DNA of 64,000 bases from assembly GCA_965216465.1 (NCBI GenBank), contig CBDCFW010000005.1:480001-544000 (forward strand), written 5' to 3'. Shown here one piece after another: positions 9,703-20,231 of the stretch (the stretch's first letter is position 1; each line of letters starts with the position of its first letter). The notes beneath the pieces were generated by a model. It saw only the letters and a program-made list of their open reading frames with translations, was not told the DNA's origin and ran no database searches. Source of the stretch: Bacteroidia bacterium (GTDB taxonomy: Bacteria > Bacteroidota > Bacteroidia > NS11-12g > UBA9320). A program made the position numbers and the translations under genes.

Positions 9703-10665
9703 ATGAGTAAAGCAAAATTTAGGTTTAATACTGAAACTCTTGAATATGAAAAAGTAACTACCAATTATTGGGCAGTTATTGCTAAAGCTTTGGGCTTTAT
9801 TTCATTAGCGGTTTTAATCGGTATTGGATCGGTATTGTTTTACCTCAAAGATGACAACACCGAGAGTCTGAAAAAGGAAGTTGCAGAATACCAAACTCAG
9901 CTCACCATTTTAGAAGATAAATCATTGGCCATGCAGTCTCACCTTGACGAATTAGCCAATATGGATGACGATGTCTATCGAGAAATTTTTGGAGCTGATC
10001 CAATTGACGATGACGTAAGAAAAGCGGGAACCGGAGGTATTGACAAATACACCTCTCTTGAAGAATTGAGAGATGGCAAAAAGTTTAAGGAGCTTCATCA
10101 GAAACTTGATAACATGAATGCGCAATACAATGTGCAGCAAAAGTCTTACGACCAGCTTATCAAGCTTGCCAAGAACAAAAGCGAAATGTTGGCTTGCATT
10201 CCAGCTATTCAACCTATTCCAAATAAAAACCTTAAGCGTATTGCTTCAGGATTTGGATATCGTGTAGACCCTATCTACAAAACCCGTAAAATGCACAAAG
10301 GGCTTGACTTTACGGCTCCTAGAGGAACTAAAGTTTATGCCACAGGAAATGGTGTAGTTCACAAGGTAAAAAGAGCTCGTTGGGGATATGGTACACATAT
10401 CATTATCAATCATGGATACGGATTTACTACGCTATATGCTCACTTAAGCAGAACGAATGTTCGTCCAGGGCAAAAAGTAACACGCGGCCAATTAATCGGT
10501 TTGGTAGGAAGCACTGGAAAATCTACGGGTCCTCACTTGCATTATGAGGTAAGAAAAAACAAAGTTCCTGTAAATCCTGTGGGCTACTTCTACAACGACC
10601 TTACGAGCGAGCAGTACGAAGAGATTCTTAAACTATCGTCTAATCCAAATCAGTCTTTCGACTAA
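9703..10665 (+). CDS. M23-family metallopeptidase
   Basis: N-terminal TM, coiled coil, HKGLD and HLH zinc motifs; TATCTTTG promoter element at 9668-9675. Confidence 0.92.
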   Translation: MSKAKFRFNTETLEYEKVTTNYWAVIAKALGFISLAVLIGIGSVLFYLKDDNTESLKKEVAEYQTQLTILEDKSLAMQSHLDELANMDDDVYREIFGADPIDDDVRKAGTGGIDKYTSLEELRDGKKFKELHQKLDNMNAQYNVQQKSYDQLIKLAKNKSEMLACIPAIQPIPNKNLKRIASGFGYRVDPIYKTRKMHKGLDFTAPRGTKVYATGNGVVHKVKRARWGYGTHIIINHGYGFTTLYAHLSRTNVRPGQKVTRGQLIGLVGSTGKSTGPHLHYEVRKNKVPVNPVGYFYNDLTSEQYEEILKLSSNPNQSFD

Positions 10666-10991
10666 TGAGTCTTAAGCCCGGTAAACTCTATTACAGCATT
10701 TCAGAAGTTTCGGAACACTATGATGTTGCTCCTTCTTTATTGCGTTATTGGGAAAGTGAATTTTCAAGCATTAAGCCCAAGCGAAATGCTAAAGGAACAC
10801 GATACTATTCTACAAAAGACATCGAAGAGATAGGTAAGATCTTTCTACTTGTTAAAGAAAAAGGATACACGCTTCAGGGTGCTAAAGAACGATTACGAAA
10901 CGACAAGAAGGGAGTTAATACTGACACCGAGGTGATTGAAAAACTCGAAAACATCAAAAGTTATTTAATCAAACTTAGAGATCAGCTTTAG
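10665..10991 (+). CDS. MerR-family HTH transcriptional regulator
   Basis: KLYYSISEVS...LRYWESEF...KGTRYY...GYTLQGAK. Confidence 0.88.
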   Translation: MSLKPGKLYYSISEVSEHYDVAPSLLRYWESEFSSIKPKRNAKGTRYYSTKDIEEIGKIFLLVKEKGYTLQGAKERLRNDKKGVNTDTEVIEKLENIKSYLIKLRDQL

Positions 10992-11013
10992 AATTTTTTG
11001 CTATTCTTGATTC

Positions 11014-11838
11014 ATGATAAGGTTTAATGTTAGCAAAGCATTAGCCACCCATATTTCAATACTATTTCTTCTCATTTCAAGTTACGCTCAAGCGATAGAG
11101 CCGCCGTATGACGCAGTTTCACAAAGTTTAGGAGGTAGTGTATCTACAAGTCAAAGCTCCTTCTCAACAACCCAAAATCCTGCTTGTTTATGGAATCTTG
11201 ATTCGAGGGTAACGCTACTCGCAAACAATAATTTTGGCATTTCATCATTCTCAACTGCAGCATTAGCGTGGAATAACACTTTTAATAAAACGGCTATTGG
11301 AGCTAGCCTACATTACGACATTTCGAACAACCTTGGAGTCAGGCAAGCATCGCTGGCTGTTGCAAAACAACTCAATAGCTCCTGGGAAATTGGCATATCA
11401 CTTGACTTGGCCAATGTTCGAACGCTCAACTCTTATTACAGCAATCGAATGCTATTTAAAGGAAGTCTTGGGTTAAACTATCACCCCTCAGAAAACCTAA
11501 CCATAGGATTTTTAGCCAAAAATCCCAATCGAAGCGTATTGTCTTCCTTTCCATTTGAAGAATCGCCTTCCGTATACCGATTGGGGGCAAAATATACCAT
11601 CAGCCAAAACCTTACGGGCTTTGCAGAATTGTCTCAGCATTCCTATTTAGGCAATTCGACACATTTTGGATTAGCATTGCAACACAAGCAGTTTCAGTAC
11701 AGATTTGGTCTTCAGAATTCGAAAATACCTTGCTTTGGCATTGGACGGACATTTAGAAATCTAACCTTAGATCTGGCCATAAAAGTTCACAATCAACTGG
11801 GAGTAAGTCCATTCTTTGCGTTGCACCATGCGATTTGA
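11014..11838 (+). CDS. Hypothetical exported, probable outer-membrane beta-barrel protein (PorV/FadL-like N-terminus)
   Basis: Signal peptide; SLGG...NPA motif; alternating amphipathic strands. Confidence 0.6.
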   Translation: MIRFNVSKALATHISILFLLISSYAQAIEPPYDAVSQSLGGSVSTSQSSFSTTQNPACLWNLDSRVTLLANNNFGISSFSTAALAWNNTFNKTAIGASLHYDISNNLGVRQASLAVAKQLNSSWEIGISLDLANVRTLNSYYSNRMLFKGSLGLNYHPSENLTIGFLAKNPNRSVLSSFPFEESPSVYRLGAKYTISQNLTGFAELSQHSYLGNSTHFGLALQHKQFQYRFGLQNSKIPCFGIGRTFRNLTLDLAIKVHNQLGVSPFFALHHAI

Positions 11839-13804
11839 ATTTATTTGTATTCTCTTTTTGAGCTGCTCTATATCATTCGCACAGAACCAAGAAGAATTTA
11901 TACAAGATTGGATGAATGAACTGAGCATTGAATCAGAAGAGCTCAATTATGAGTATTTAATTGTTGAGCTCGAAGAATATTTAAATCACCCCCTCAACCT
12001 AAATAAGGCATCTAAAGAAAAGCTAGAATCTTCACCGTTCTTCAATTCTAGGCAAGCTAATACAATCTTAGAATATAGAGCTGAGCATGGAGATATCTTG
12101 TCGATGTATGAACTTTTACAAATGGATTTCGACGCCAAAACAATCAATCGGCTTAAACCTTTTGTTGTGGTAGATAGAAAGGTTCAAACTTTCAAAGCGG
12201 TGAATGAACTCACCACATTCTCTCGTATAAAGCTCCCTGTGCCAGCAGGCTATTCCAAATTTAATGGATATGTCGGTTCTCCAATTGCACTTTCAACGCG
12301 ATACAGATATCAAAATGAAAAGGGAATACAATTTGGAATGAACGTAGAAAAAGATCTTGGTGAAAAACTTATCTCAAGCAGAACTTCATTAATTGATTAT
12401 GTTGGAATTTACGGGGTTGTTCACCATCAAAAAACCACAATATACCTCGGCCGGTTTCATGCCAATTTTGGACAAGGGTTATGTTTGGGTACAGGGTACG
12501 CCGCAGCTAAATCTGGAATAGTTACTTGCTCTAAACGCGTAACAAATGGCTTTGACGCTTATCGCTCTTTTGGAGAAAACAATGGTTTAAATGGATTTGC
12601 TCTTAGTCATAAGTTGAAAAGAATAAGACTTGATGCTTTTATCTCATACCAAAAGCTTGACGCTACGGTAAACGATGACTATCAATCAATTCGTCGACTA
12701 ATTGAAGGAGGAGGATACCACCGCACGGAAAGCGAACTAAATCAGCATAACACTGCAAGATCCAAACAGCTTGGGGTTAATTTTTCATACAACAATTCAT
12801 CATATCATATTGGAATGGTTGCCAATTGGAGAACGTTTAATTTACCTATACTTCCATCCATTGAACTTCACAACCAAGATGTTTTTAGGGGCAAATCTTA
12901 TCTTAAAATTAGTAGTTACTTCGATAAAGCATGGCGAAATGTTAATTTTTATGGAGAGCTAACATCTCACAAGCTTGGCTCCTATTCTTTTTGTTCTGGA
13001 GCACTCATAAGTCTTGGTCAACATTTAGACATTTGCTCAGTTATTCGAAGGTATAGTGCGGACAACGTAACCTATCAATCAAATGGATTTGGAGAAAATT
13101 CTAAAAACACCAATGAACAAGGCTGGTACAATGGCTTTCAATTAAAAGTTAATCGTATTCAAATTAGTGGCTTTATCGATTTGTATCGATTCGACAAAAT
13201 CAAATACAGCATTCCTGCTCCAAGTTTTGGAAATGACACCTGGTTAGAGGTTGGTTATAAAGCTTCAAAAAATCTTTCATTGCAGTTTAGACGGCGAGAT
13301 GAATGGACAATCTCAAAGGTCACTGGAAGTGTGCAACCTCGAACCAAAAATGCTAATCGACTCCATTTAAATTATTGGATTAACCAAAATCTTCAGATTC
13401 GATCAAGAATAGAATGGAATAAGCTCATCGCTGCGAACATGAGCCAAGGTAGCGTCATTTATTCTGAGGTGATTTATAGGCCAGCTCGAGTGGTACAAGC
13501 CGTTTCATTACGTATTTCGAATGGTGTAGTTGACCAATGGGACAATCGGATTTATAGTTTTGAACGTGTCCCTTTATACAATTACCCTTTGCACGCTCAT
13601 GGATTTACGGGAATGCGAACCTACGTATTGGTACAATACAGCTTATTTAAAAAGCTAAAAGTTTGGACCAAACTGAGTATTAGTCAGCATGCTCAGAATC
13701 TTAAGAGCCTAGATAACAATGTGAGTATTGGTTCAGGGAATGAGAAAATCAATGGAAACATTAAAAAGGACTTTACTTTGCAGCTTAAATATTCGTTCGA
13801 ATGA
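11828..13804 (+). CDS. Helix-hairpin-helix (ComEA-like) domain protein with C-terminal beta-barrel
   Basis: Signal peptide; PLNLNKASKEKLE...ILEYRAEHG HhH-like region; barrel-like C-terminus ending QLKYSFE. Confidence 0.75.
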   Translation: MRFEFICILFLSCSISFAQNQEEFIQDWMNELSIESEELNYEYLIVELEEYLNHPLNLNKASKEKLESSPFFNSRQANTILEYRAEHGDILSMYELLQMDFDAKTINRLKPFVVVDRKVQTFKAVNELTTFSRIKLPVPAGYSKFNGYVGSPIALSTRYRYQNEKGIQFGMNVEKDLGEKLISSRTSLIDYVGIYGVVHHQKTTIYLGRFHANFGQGLCLGTGYAAAKSGIVTCSKRVTNGFDAYRSFGENNGLNGFALSHKLKRIRLDAFISYQKLDATVNDDYQSIRRLIEGGGYHRTESELNQHNTARSKQLGVNFSYNNSSYHIGMVANWRTFNLPILPSIELHNQDVFRGKSYLKISSYFDKAWRNVNFYGELTSHKLGSYSFCSGALISLGQHLDICSVIRRYSADNVTYQSNGFGENSKNTNEQGWYNGFQLKVNRIQISGFIDLYRFDKIKYSIPAPSFGNDTWLEVGYKASKNLSLQFRRRDEWTISKVTGSVQPRTKNANRLHLNYWINQNLQIRSRIEWNKLIAANMSQGSVIYSEVIYRPARVVQAVSLRISNGVVDQWDNRIYSFERVPLYNYPLHAHGFTGMRTYVLVQYSLFKKLKVWTKLSISQHAQNLKSLDNNVSIGSGNEKINGNIKKDFTLQLKYSFE

Positions 13805-14520
13805 CAAAACTTAGTGTTAACATCAATAAGATTGCGACTATCCGCAACGCACGAGGGGGAGAATTACCAAGTGTTGTAGAAGCGGCACGTTCCTGTGAAA
13901 ACTTTGGGGCAGAAGGAATAACCATCCATCCTAGGCCCGATGAGCGACACATTACACGTAAAGATGTTTATGATTTGAGCAAAATCGTCAAAACCGAATT
14001 CAATATTGAAGGTTACCCTTCGAATGAATTTATTGAAATGGTATTAGAAGTTAAACCAACTCAAGTTACATTGGTTCCTGACGGGCCTGATGTGCTAACG
14101 AGCAATGCAGGCTGGGATTGTATCGAACATCAAGAGTTTTTGAACCCAATCATCAAGACGTTTAAGGAAGCAGGCATTCGCGTATCCGTATTTTTAAATC
14201 CTGTTGTTAAACAGGTAGATGCAGCTTTGGCTTGTGGAACTGACAGAATAGAACTTTATACGGAAGCATTTGCATCGGAGTATTCTGCTGACAAAAGCAG
14301 GGCAATTGCTCCTTATGTGAAAGCCGCTGAACGGGCTAAAGAAATTGGCTTAGGCTTAAATGCAGGCCACGATTTAAGTTTAGAAAATTTGAATTATTTT
14401 GCTGCTAACATACCAAACTTGCTGGAAGTTTCAATAGGACATGCACTAATTAGTGACGCACTATATTACGGTTTGAATAACACCGTACAGATGTATAAGC
14501 AAGAATTAAAGGTGGTTTAG
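13801..14520 (+). CDS. pdxJ: Pyridoxine 5'-phosphate synthase
   Basis: LSVNINKIATIRNARG, HPRPDERH, NAGHDL, EVSIGHALI. Confidence 0.97.
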   Translation: MTKLSVNINKIATIRNARGGELPSVVEAARSCENFGAEGITIHPRPDERHITRKDVYDLSKIVKTEFNIEGYPSNEFIEMVLEVKPTQVTLVPDGPDVLTSNAGWDCIEHQEFLNPIIKTFKEAGIRVSVFLNPVVKQVDAALACGTDRIELYTEAFASEYSADKSRAIAPYVKAAERAKEIGLGLNAGHDLSLENLNYFAANIPNLLEVSIGHALISDALYYGLNNTVQMYKQELKVV

Positions 14521-14855
14521 CGATTGCGAAGCTGCTCGTATACTTTTTCTAAGGTGTCGCTAAGTGTAAAATACAATTCTGGAATTTGTTCAAGGTTGGT
14601 TTCCGTTTTGGCGTTTCCTTCAATTCCTCGTACTACATCATGCAAAGATTGAATTCCCATCATATCGACCGATGGTTTCATTTTGTGTGCTGCAGCTCTA
14701 ACTTCTGCCCAATCTTGTATTTGCAATCCAGCTTCAATGCGAGCTACCAGATCTGGCGTCATGTCTAAAAACATGTTAACCATTTTGGTTACGAAATCTT
14801 CATTACCAGCTGCTATTGTCGTTAGTTGACTTAAGTCGTATAATTTTTCTTCCAT
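14517..14855 (-). CDS. Stand-alone Hpt phosphotransfer protein
   Basis: AAHKMKPS His motif in a helical-bundle-sized 112-aa protein. Confidence 0.85.
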   Translation of the reverse strand: MEEKLYDLSQLTTIAAGNEDFVTKMVNMFLDMTPDLVARIEAGLQIQDWAEVRAAAHKMKPSVDMMGIQSLHDVVRGIEGNAKTETNLEQIPELYFTLSDTLEKVYEQLRNR

Positions 14856-14875
14856 TTATATAATAACCTCAGAAA

Positions 14876-16222
14876 TTAGACTACGCGTTCTTGTAACATT
14901 CTATAAATGGTTGATTTACCAATATCTAGTTTCTTAGCTACATTAACAACGTCGTTATTGTATTTATCGAGGTAGTGCTTCACAATTCTGTTTTTATATT
15001 CTTCGAGAGACATTTCGTTTTGCAACAAGGTGTCGATTGACCCGGTTGAGTTAAACGTAATATGTTCTTCTTCAATTGTATCTGTATCGGTCATTACACA
15101 GCTTAATTCTGTAACGGCTTTAAGCTCTCTAATATTACCCGGCCATGGATATTTGAAAAGTTTATTCTGTGCCTTACTTGACAGTTTAAGTTTACCCAAT
15201 TCATTTTCTTTCGCGTATTCCTCAATGAAGTGTTTCGAAAGAACAAGAACATCATTTCCTCTTTCTCTTAATGGAGGAAGGCTAATTGGTAATCCAAGCA
15301 GACGGTAGTAAAGGTCTTCTCTGAAGTTTCCTTTTCTTACTTCTTCGGCAAGATCTTTATGTGTTGCACTGATTACTCGGCATTTAACTTTTACGGTTCC
15401 GTTGCCACCCACTCGGGTCAATTCTCTTTCTTGAAGAACACGCAGTAGCTTAGACTGCATATTGATATCCATTTCACCAATCTCGTCTAAGAAAATTGTT
15501 CCCTCACCTGCTTCTTCAAACTTTCCTACTCTTCGTGAAACAGCACCCGTAAATGCTCCTTTCTCGTGACCAAACAATTCTGATTCAATCAATTCGCTTG
15601 GAATTGCTGTAATATTTACAGCGATAAATGGCTTTTTAGCTCTTGGCGAGTTGTAGTGCACCGATTTGGCCACAACTTCCTTACCTGTTCCTGTTTCTCC
15701 GGTTATAGATATAGTGATATTCGACTTCACTGCTTTTTCGATCATAGCGAAGACCTTCTTCATTGAAGGACTGTTTCCTATAATGCTCGTGGTAAAGTCA
15801 TATTTCTTCTTAACCTGTTGTTTCAGTTCAGATATTTCTTTACGCAATCCTTCTTTTTCACGAATGTTACGAATGGCGTTCCAAATACGATCTTTGGTAT
15901 CCTCATCTTTAACAATGTAGTCGTAAGCTCCTTCTTGAAGCAAAGAGATCGCTGTTTTAATATCTTCCTGACCAGAAATAATTACAACTGGAATATCAGA
16001 ATTGTATTCTTTAATTTTACGCAATACCTCCTCACCTGAAATATCGGGTAAAGAATAATCGAGGGTAACTGCTCCTGGATTCTTGTCTAGATTCTTTAGA
16101 AAGTCTTCACCATTGGTGAATTTAGTAACTGTAATATCGGGATTGAGAGATAAGTGATATTCAAGGACTTCACTGTAAAATTCATCATCTTCGACAACAA
16201 ATACGCTGAAATTTTCTGCCAT
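14876..16222 (-). CDS. NtrC-family sigma54-dependent response regulator (REC-AAA+-HTH)
   Basis: Receiver; GETGTGKE; ELFGHEKGAFTGA; FLDEIGE; WPGNIREL; Fis-type HTH; TATATTTG at 16242-16249 supports the MAENF start. Confidence 0.95.
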   Translation of the reverse strand: MAENFSVFVVEDDEFYSEVLEYHLSLNPDITVTKFTNGEDFLKNLDKNPGAVTLDYSLPDISGEEVLRKIKEYNSDIPVVIISGQEDIKTAISLLQEGAYDYIVKDEDTKDRIWNAIRNIREKEGLRKEISELKQQVKKKYDFTTSIIGNSPSMKKVFAMIEKAVKSNITISITGETGTGKEVVAKSVHYNSPRAKKPFIAVNITAIPSELIESELFGHEKGAFTGAVSRRVGKFEEAGEGTIFLDEIGEMDINMQSKLLRVLQERELTRVGGNGTVKVKCRVISATHKDLAEEVRKGNFREDLYYRLLGLPISLPPLRERGNDVLVLSKHFIEEYAKENELGKLKLSSKAQNKLFKYPWPGNIRELKAVTELSCVMTDTDTIEEEHITFNSTGSIDTLLQNEMSLEEYKNRIVKHYLDKYNNDVVNVAKKLDIGKSTIYRMLQERVV

Positions 16223-16340
16223 AACGTGTAGTTTATTGACGCAAATATAATCTATTTTTTGGATTTTGTCTAATTTTTGGAAATTTCTTTCAAAATTACT
16301 CATAAACAAAATGCTATTTAGAATCAGTCTACATAAGTAG

Positions 16341-17887
<1,547 letters not shown>

Positions 17888-17888
<1 letters not shown>

Positions 17889-18118
17889 TGATTGTAGAAG
17901 TTATAACACCAGATAAAGTACTATTCTCTGGAGAAGCTGTTTCTATCAAGCTTCCTGGAAGTGGTGGTGCTTTCGAAGCATTGGCCAACCACGCCCCGCT
18001 TATCTCAAGCTTAGATAAGGGAAATGTTGTGGTTAAGACTGATTCCGGTGAAGAAACTTTTGAAGTATCTGGCGGAATTGTAGAAGTTCTAAACAACAAG
18101 GTTGTTGTTTTAGCATAA
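17888..18118 (+). CDS. atpC: F1F0 ATP synthase subunit epsilon (short form, beta-sandwich only)
   Basis: EVITPDK...LPGSGGAFEALANHAPLIS...SGGIVEV; follows atpD. Confidence 0.95.
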
Positions 18119-18131
18119 CTTTAATAAACTT

Positions 18132-18178
18132 TCCAGACCTCAGCGTCTGGACATAAAATCCAGGCCTTAGCGTCTGGA
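18132..18178. repeat. Two imperfect copies of a 20-bp self-complementary unit
   Basis: TCCAGACCTCAGCGTCTGGA (18132-18151) and TCCAGGCCTTAGCGTCTGGA (18159-18178), 2 mismatches. Confidence 0.85.
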
Positions 18179-18186
18179 TTTTTTTT
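18155..18186 (+). terminator. Intrinsic terminator of atpDC
   Basis: AAAATCCAGGC-loop-GTCTGGATTTT stem followed by a T run. Confidence 0.8.
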
Positions 18187-18190
18187 GCTC

Positions 18191-18221
18191 AAAGAAAAAG
18201 GCCCAAGTAAACTTGGGCCTT
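18191..18221 (-). terminator. Minus-strand intrinsic terminator
   Basis: Perfect 10-bp stem AAGGCCCAAG-TTTA-CTTGGGCCTT followed by TTTCTTT on the minus strand. Confidence 0.85.
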
Positions 18222-18395
18222 AAATGTCATAGGACAAATTCTTCCGATAAAATCTGGTTACGCTACTACTTTAACTACTTATGGCATCGGAGTACGAGCA
18301 AGACGATCAACTTCGACCTACTAAACAAATGTCTAAGTTAACAAGGTGTCTTAGTCAATTTATCCTAAGATCATTACATTACTAATAAGGTTAGG
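18191..18395 (-). ncRNA. Candidate sigma54-dependent small RNA (~200 nt)
   Basis: Interval without a credible ORF, bounded by a -24/-12-like motif and a strong terminator; inferred, no family recognised. Confidence 0.45.
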
Positions 18396-18405
18396 CCTAA
18401 TAGTA

Positions 18406-18449
18406 TTCAATCCGTGTGCCAAGAGAAGACATTTTTCAAATTGCTGATT
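18406..18449 (-). promoter_or_regulatory. Putative sigma54 promoter with upstream IHF-like site
   Basis: TTGGCACACGGATTGAA at 18422-18406 (consensus TGGCAC-N5-TTGC, GA in place of GC); AATCAGCAATTTG at 18449-18437 fits WATCARNNNNTTR. Confidence 0.55.
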
Positions 18450-18573
18450 ATCTGCAGTTTACGACAGGACCGCTTTCTCCTAACGTCCCAAAAAGAGAAA
18501 TTATTCCCATAAGCAAGTCATTCTATCTGTCAACCAGCTCCGAGAATTTGTATTATTCTGATGTGAAATTTTA

Positions 18574-19299
18574 TTATTGACGCGGTCTGTATTTTCGGAA
18601 TCTCATTTGGATCACTCCAATCAAAGCTTCTCGAATAATACCACTCGACATCTTAGACTCACCTAATGTTCGATCGGTAAAGATTATGGGTATCTCCTTG
18701 AGCTTAAACCCAAGCCGGGTTGCCGTGTATTTCATTTCAATCTGAAACGCATACCCTTTAAACTTAATCTTGTCTAGATTGATGGTTTGTAAAACCTTGT
18801 TGGTATACCCTACAAAGCCCGCTGTTGCATCAGCGATTTTCATGCGTGTTATAAATCGCACATACGACGACGCAAAGTAACTAAGCAGAACACGCCCCAT
18901 TGGCCAGTTAACAACATTTACAACATTATTTACATAACGTGAACCAATGACCATATCGCCATTGCCTTGCTCAAGCTCAGCGTGCAAACGAACCAAGTCT
19001 GTTGGATTATGTGAAAAATCACAATCCATCTCAAAAACGTATGGGTAATTTCGCTCAAGACACCAGTGGAATCCAGCTATGTAAGCAGTTCCTAAACCTT
19101 GTTTACCGGGACGATCAAGCACATGCAACCGACCTTCGCTCTCCCCTATTTTGGCCTTTGCAAGATCTGCTGTTCCATCAGGAGAATTATCATCAACAAT
19201 AAGAATATCAAATTTTGGTTCAAGTTTCAATACCGCATCAATCATAAGAGTAATGTTCTCTTTCTCATTGTACGTCGGTATGATTACTATCGGATTAAT
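18574..19299 (-). CDS. Polyprenol-monophosphomannose synthase (Dpm1-like GT2); probable ATT start
   Basis: IVIIPTYNEKENI lies upstream of the first ATG; VDDNSPDGT, GLGTAY, MDCDFSH, GYAFQIEM. Confidence 0.9.
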   Translation of the reverse strand: MNPIVIIPTYNEKENITLMIDAVLKLEPKFDILIVDDNSPDGTADLAKAKIGESEGRLHVLDRPGKQGLGTAYIAGFHWCLERNYPYVFEMDCDFSHNPTDLVRLHAELEQGNGDMVIGSRYVNNVVNVVNWPMGRVLLSYFASSYVRFITRMKIADATAGFVGYTNKVLQTINLDKIKFKGYAFQIEMKYTATRLGFKLKEIPIIFTDRTLGESKMSSGIIREALIGVIQMRFRKYRPRQ

Positions 19300-19343
19300 A
19301 TCTTATGTTTTGATTAAGAGGATATTAAACGAAAAAAAGTTGC

Positions 19344-20000
19344 TTAGCTGCTAGCTTTTTTATGATCCGCAAGAAATTGTGCAAGACCAATGTCTGTTAG
19401 TGGGTGTTTTAATAATCCTAAAATAGAATTTAACGGGCAAGTACAAACATCAGCACCAGCTTCTGCTGCACGAACAATATGCAATGGGTTTCTAATTGAA
19501 GCGGCTAGAATTTCTGTACTGAATCCTTGAGTTGCATAAATATCAGCGATTTGTGCGATTAATTCAACACCGTCCCAATTCATATCATCAACTCTTCCAA
19601 TGAACGGAGACAAATAAGTTGCTCCAGCCTTAGCTGCTAGAATTGCTTGGCCCGCTGAGAACACTAAAGTACAGTTTGTTCTAATTCCGTTGTCGGTAAA
19701 CCATCTAATTGCTTTAATACCGTCTTTGATCATTGGCACCTTAACCACAATATTCTCGTGAATGGCAGCCAATTCTTGACCTTCTTTAATCATCGATTCG
19801 AAGTCTGTAGAAATTACTTCTGCACTGATGTCACCATCAACCAACTCACAAATTGCTTTGTAATGAGCTCGGATGTTTTCTTCTCCAGTTATTCCTTCTT
19901 TAGCCATTAGAGAAGGGTTTGTTGTAACTCCGTCTAAAATTCCTAAATCTTGTGCTTCTTTAATCTGATCAAGGTTTGCGGTATCAATAAAAAATTTCAT
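19344..20000 (-). CDS. fsa: Fructose-6-phosphate aldolase / small transaldolase
   Basis: [41 protein letters not shown]; TATATTTG promoter element at 20016-20023. Confidence 0.93.
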   Translation of the reverse strand: MKFFIDTANLDQIKEAQDLGILDGVTTNPSLMAKEGITGEENIRAHYKAICELVDGDISAEVISTDFESMIKEGQELAAIHENIVVKVPMIKDGIKAIRWFTDNGIRTNCTLVFSAGQAILAAKAGATYLSPFIGRVDDMNWDGVELIAQIADIYATQGFSTEILAASIRNPLHIVRAAEAGADVCTCPLNSILGLLKHPLTDIGLAQFLADHKKASS

Positions 20001-20049
20001 GGTTTATGGTTTTGTCAAATATATTTAAAATAGAAAATGAGGCAAAAAA

Positions 20050-20137
20050 AAAGGCTGACATCGCACCGCTACAACCTCCTACCCTTGCTGCATTCCTGCC
20101 CTGGGGGAGTTCAGAGGGAGCTGGTCGTGTCAGCCGG
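20050..20137 (-). ncRNA. ffs: Signal recognition particle RNA (small bacterial type)
   Basis: Minus strand GGCTGACA...CCCCAGGGCAGGAATGCAGCAAGGG...TGTCAGCC: helix-8 CAGG/GGAA/AGCA motif, paired ends, U-tail, TATTTTTG promoter element at 20140-20147. Confidence 0.92.
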
Positions 20138-20231
20138 CGCAAAAATAAGAACACTCCTCTTCTAAACAACCAAATCCTTACAATTTATTATCATTATTTT
20201 AATGGTCGAATTCATTAGATTTGACCCTGTG

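Noticed and set aside
9627-9764. Long N-terminal extensions in the track (alaS, also decarboxylase, NtrC, amidohydrolase, Skp, PorV-like)
   Set aside because: Longest-ORF artefacts; they overlap neighbours or lie upstream of promoter elements, and family homology starts at the later Met.
18132-18221. Possible mini-CRISPR or transposon end
   Set aside because: Only two 20-bp copies with a 7-nt spacer, no cas or transposase genes; explained by terminators.
19984-20218. Track ORFs of 61 aa (minus) and 70 aa (plus) between fsa and the carboxylase
   Set aside because: They overlie the SRP RNA, its promoter and its U-tail; they are shadow frames.
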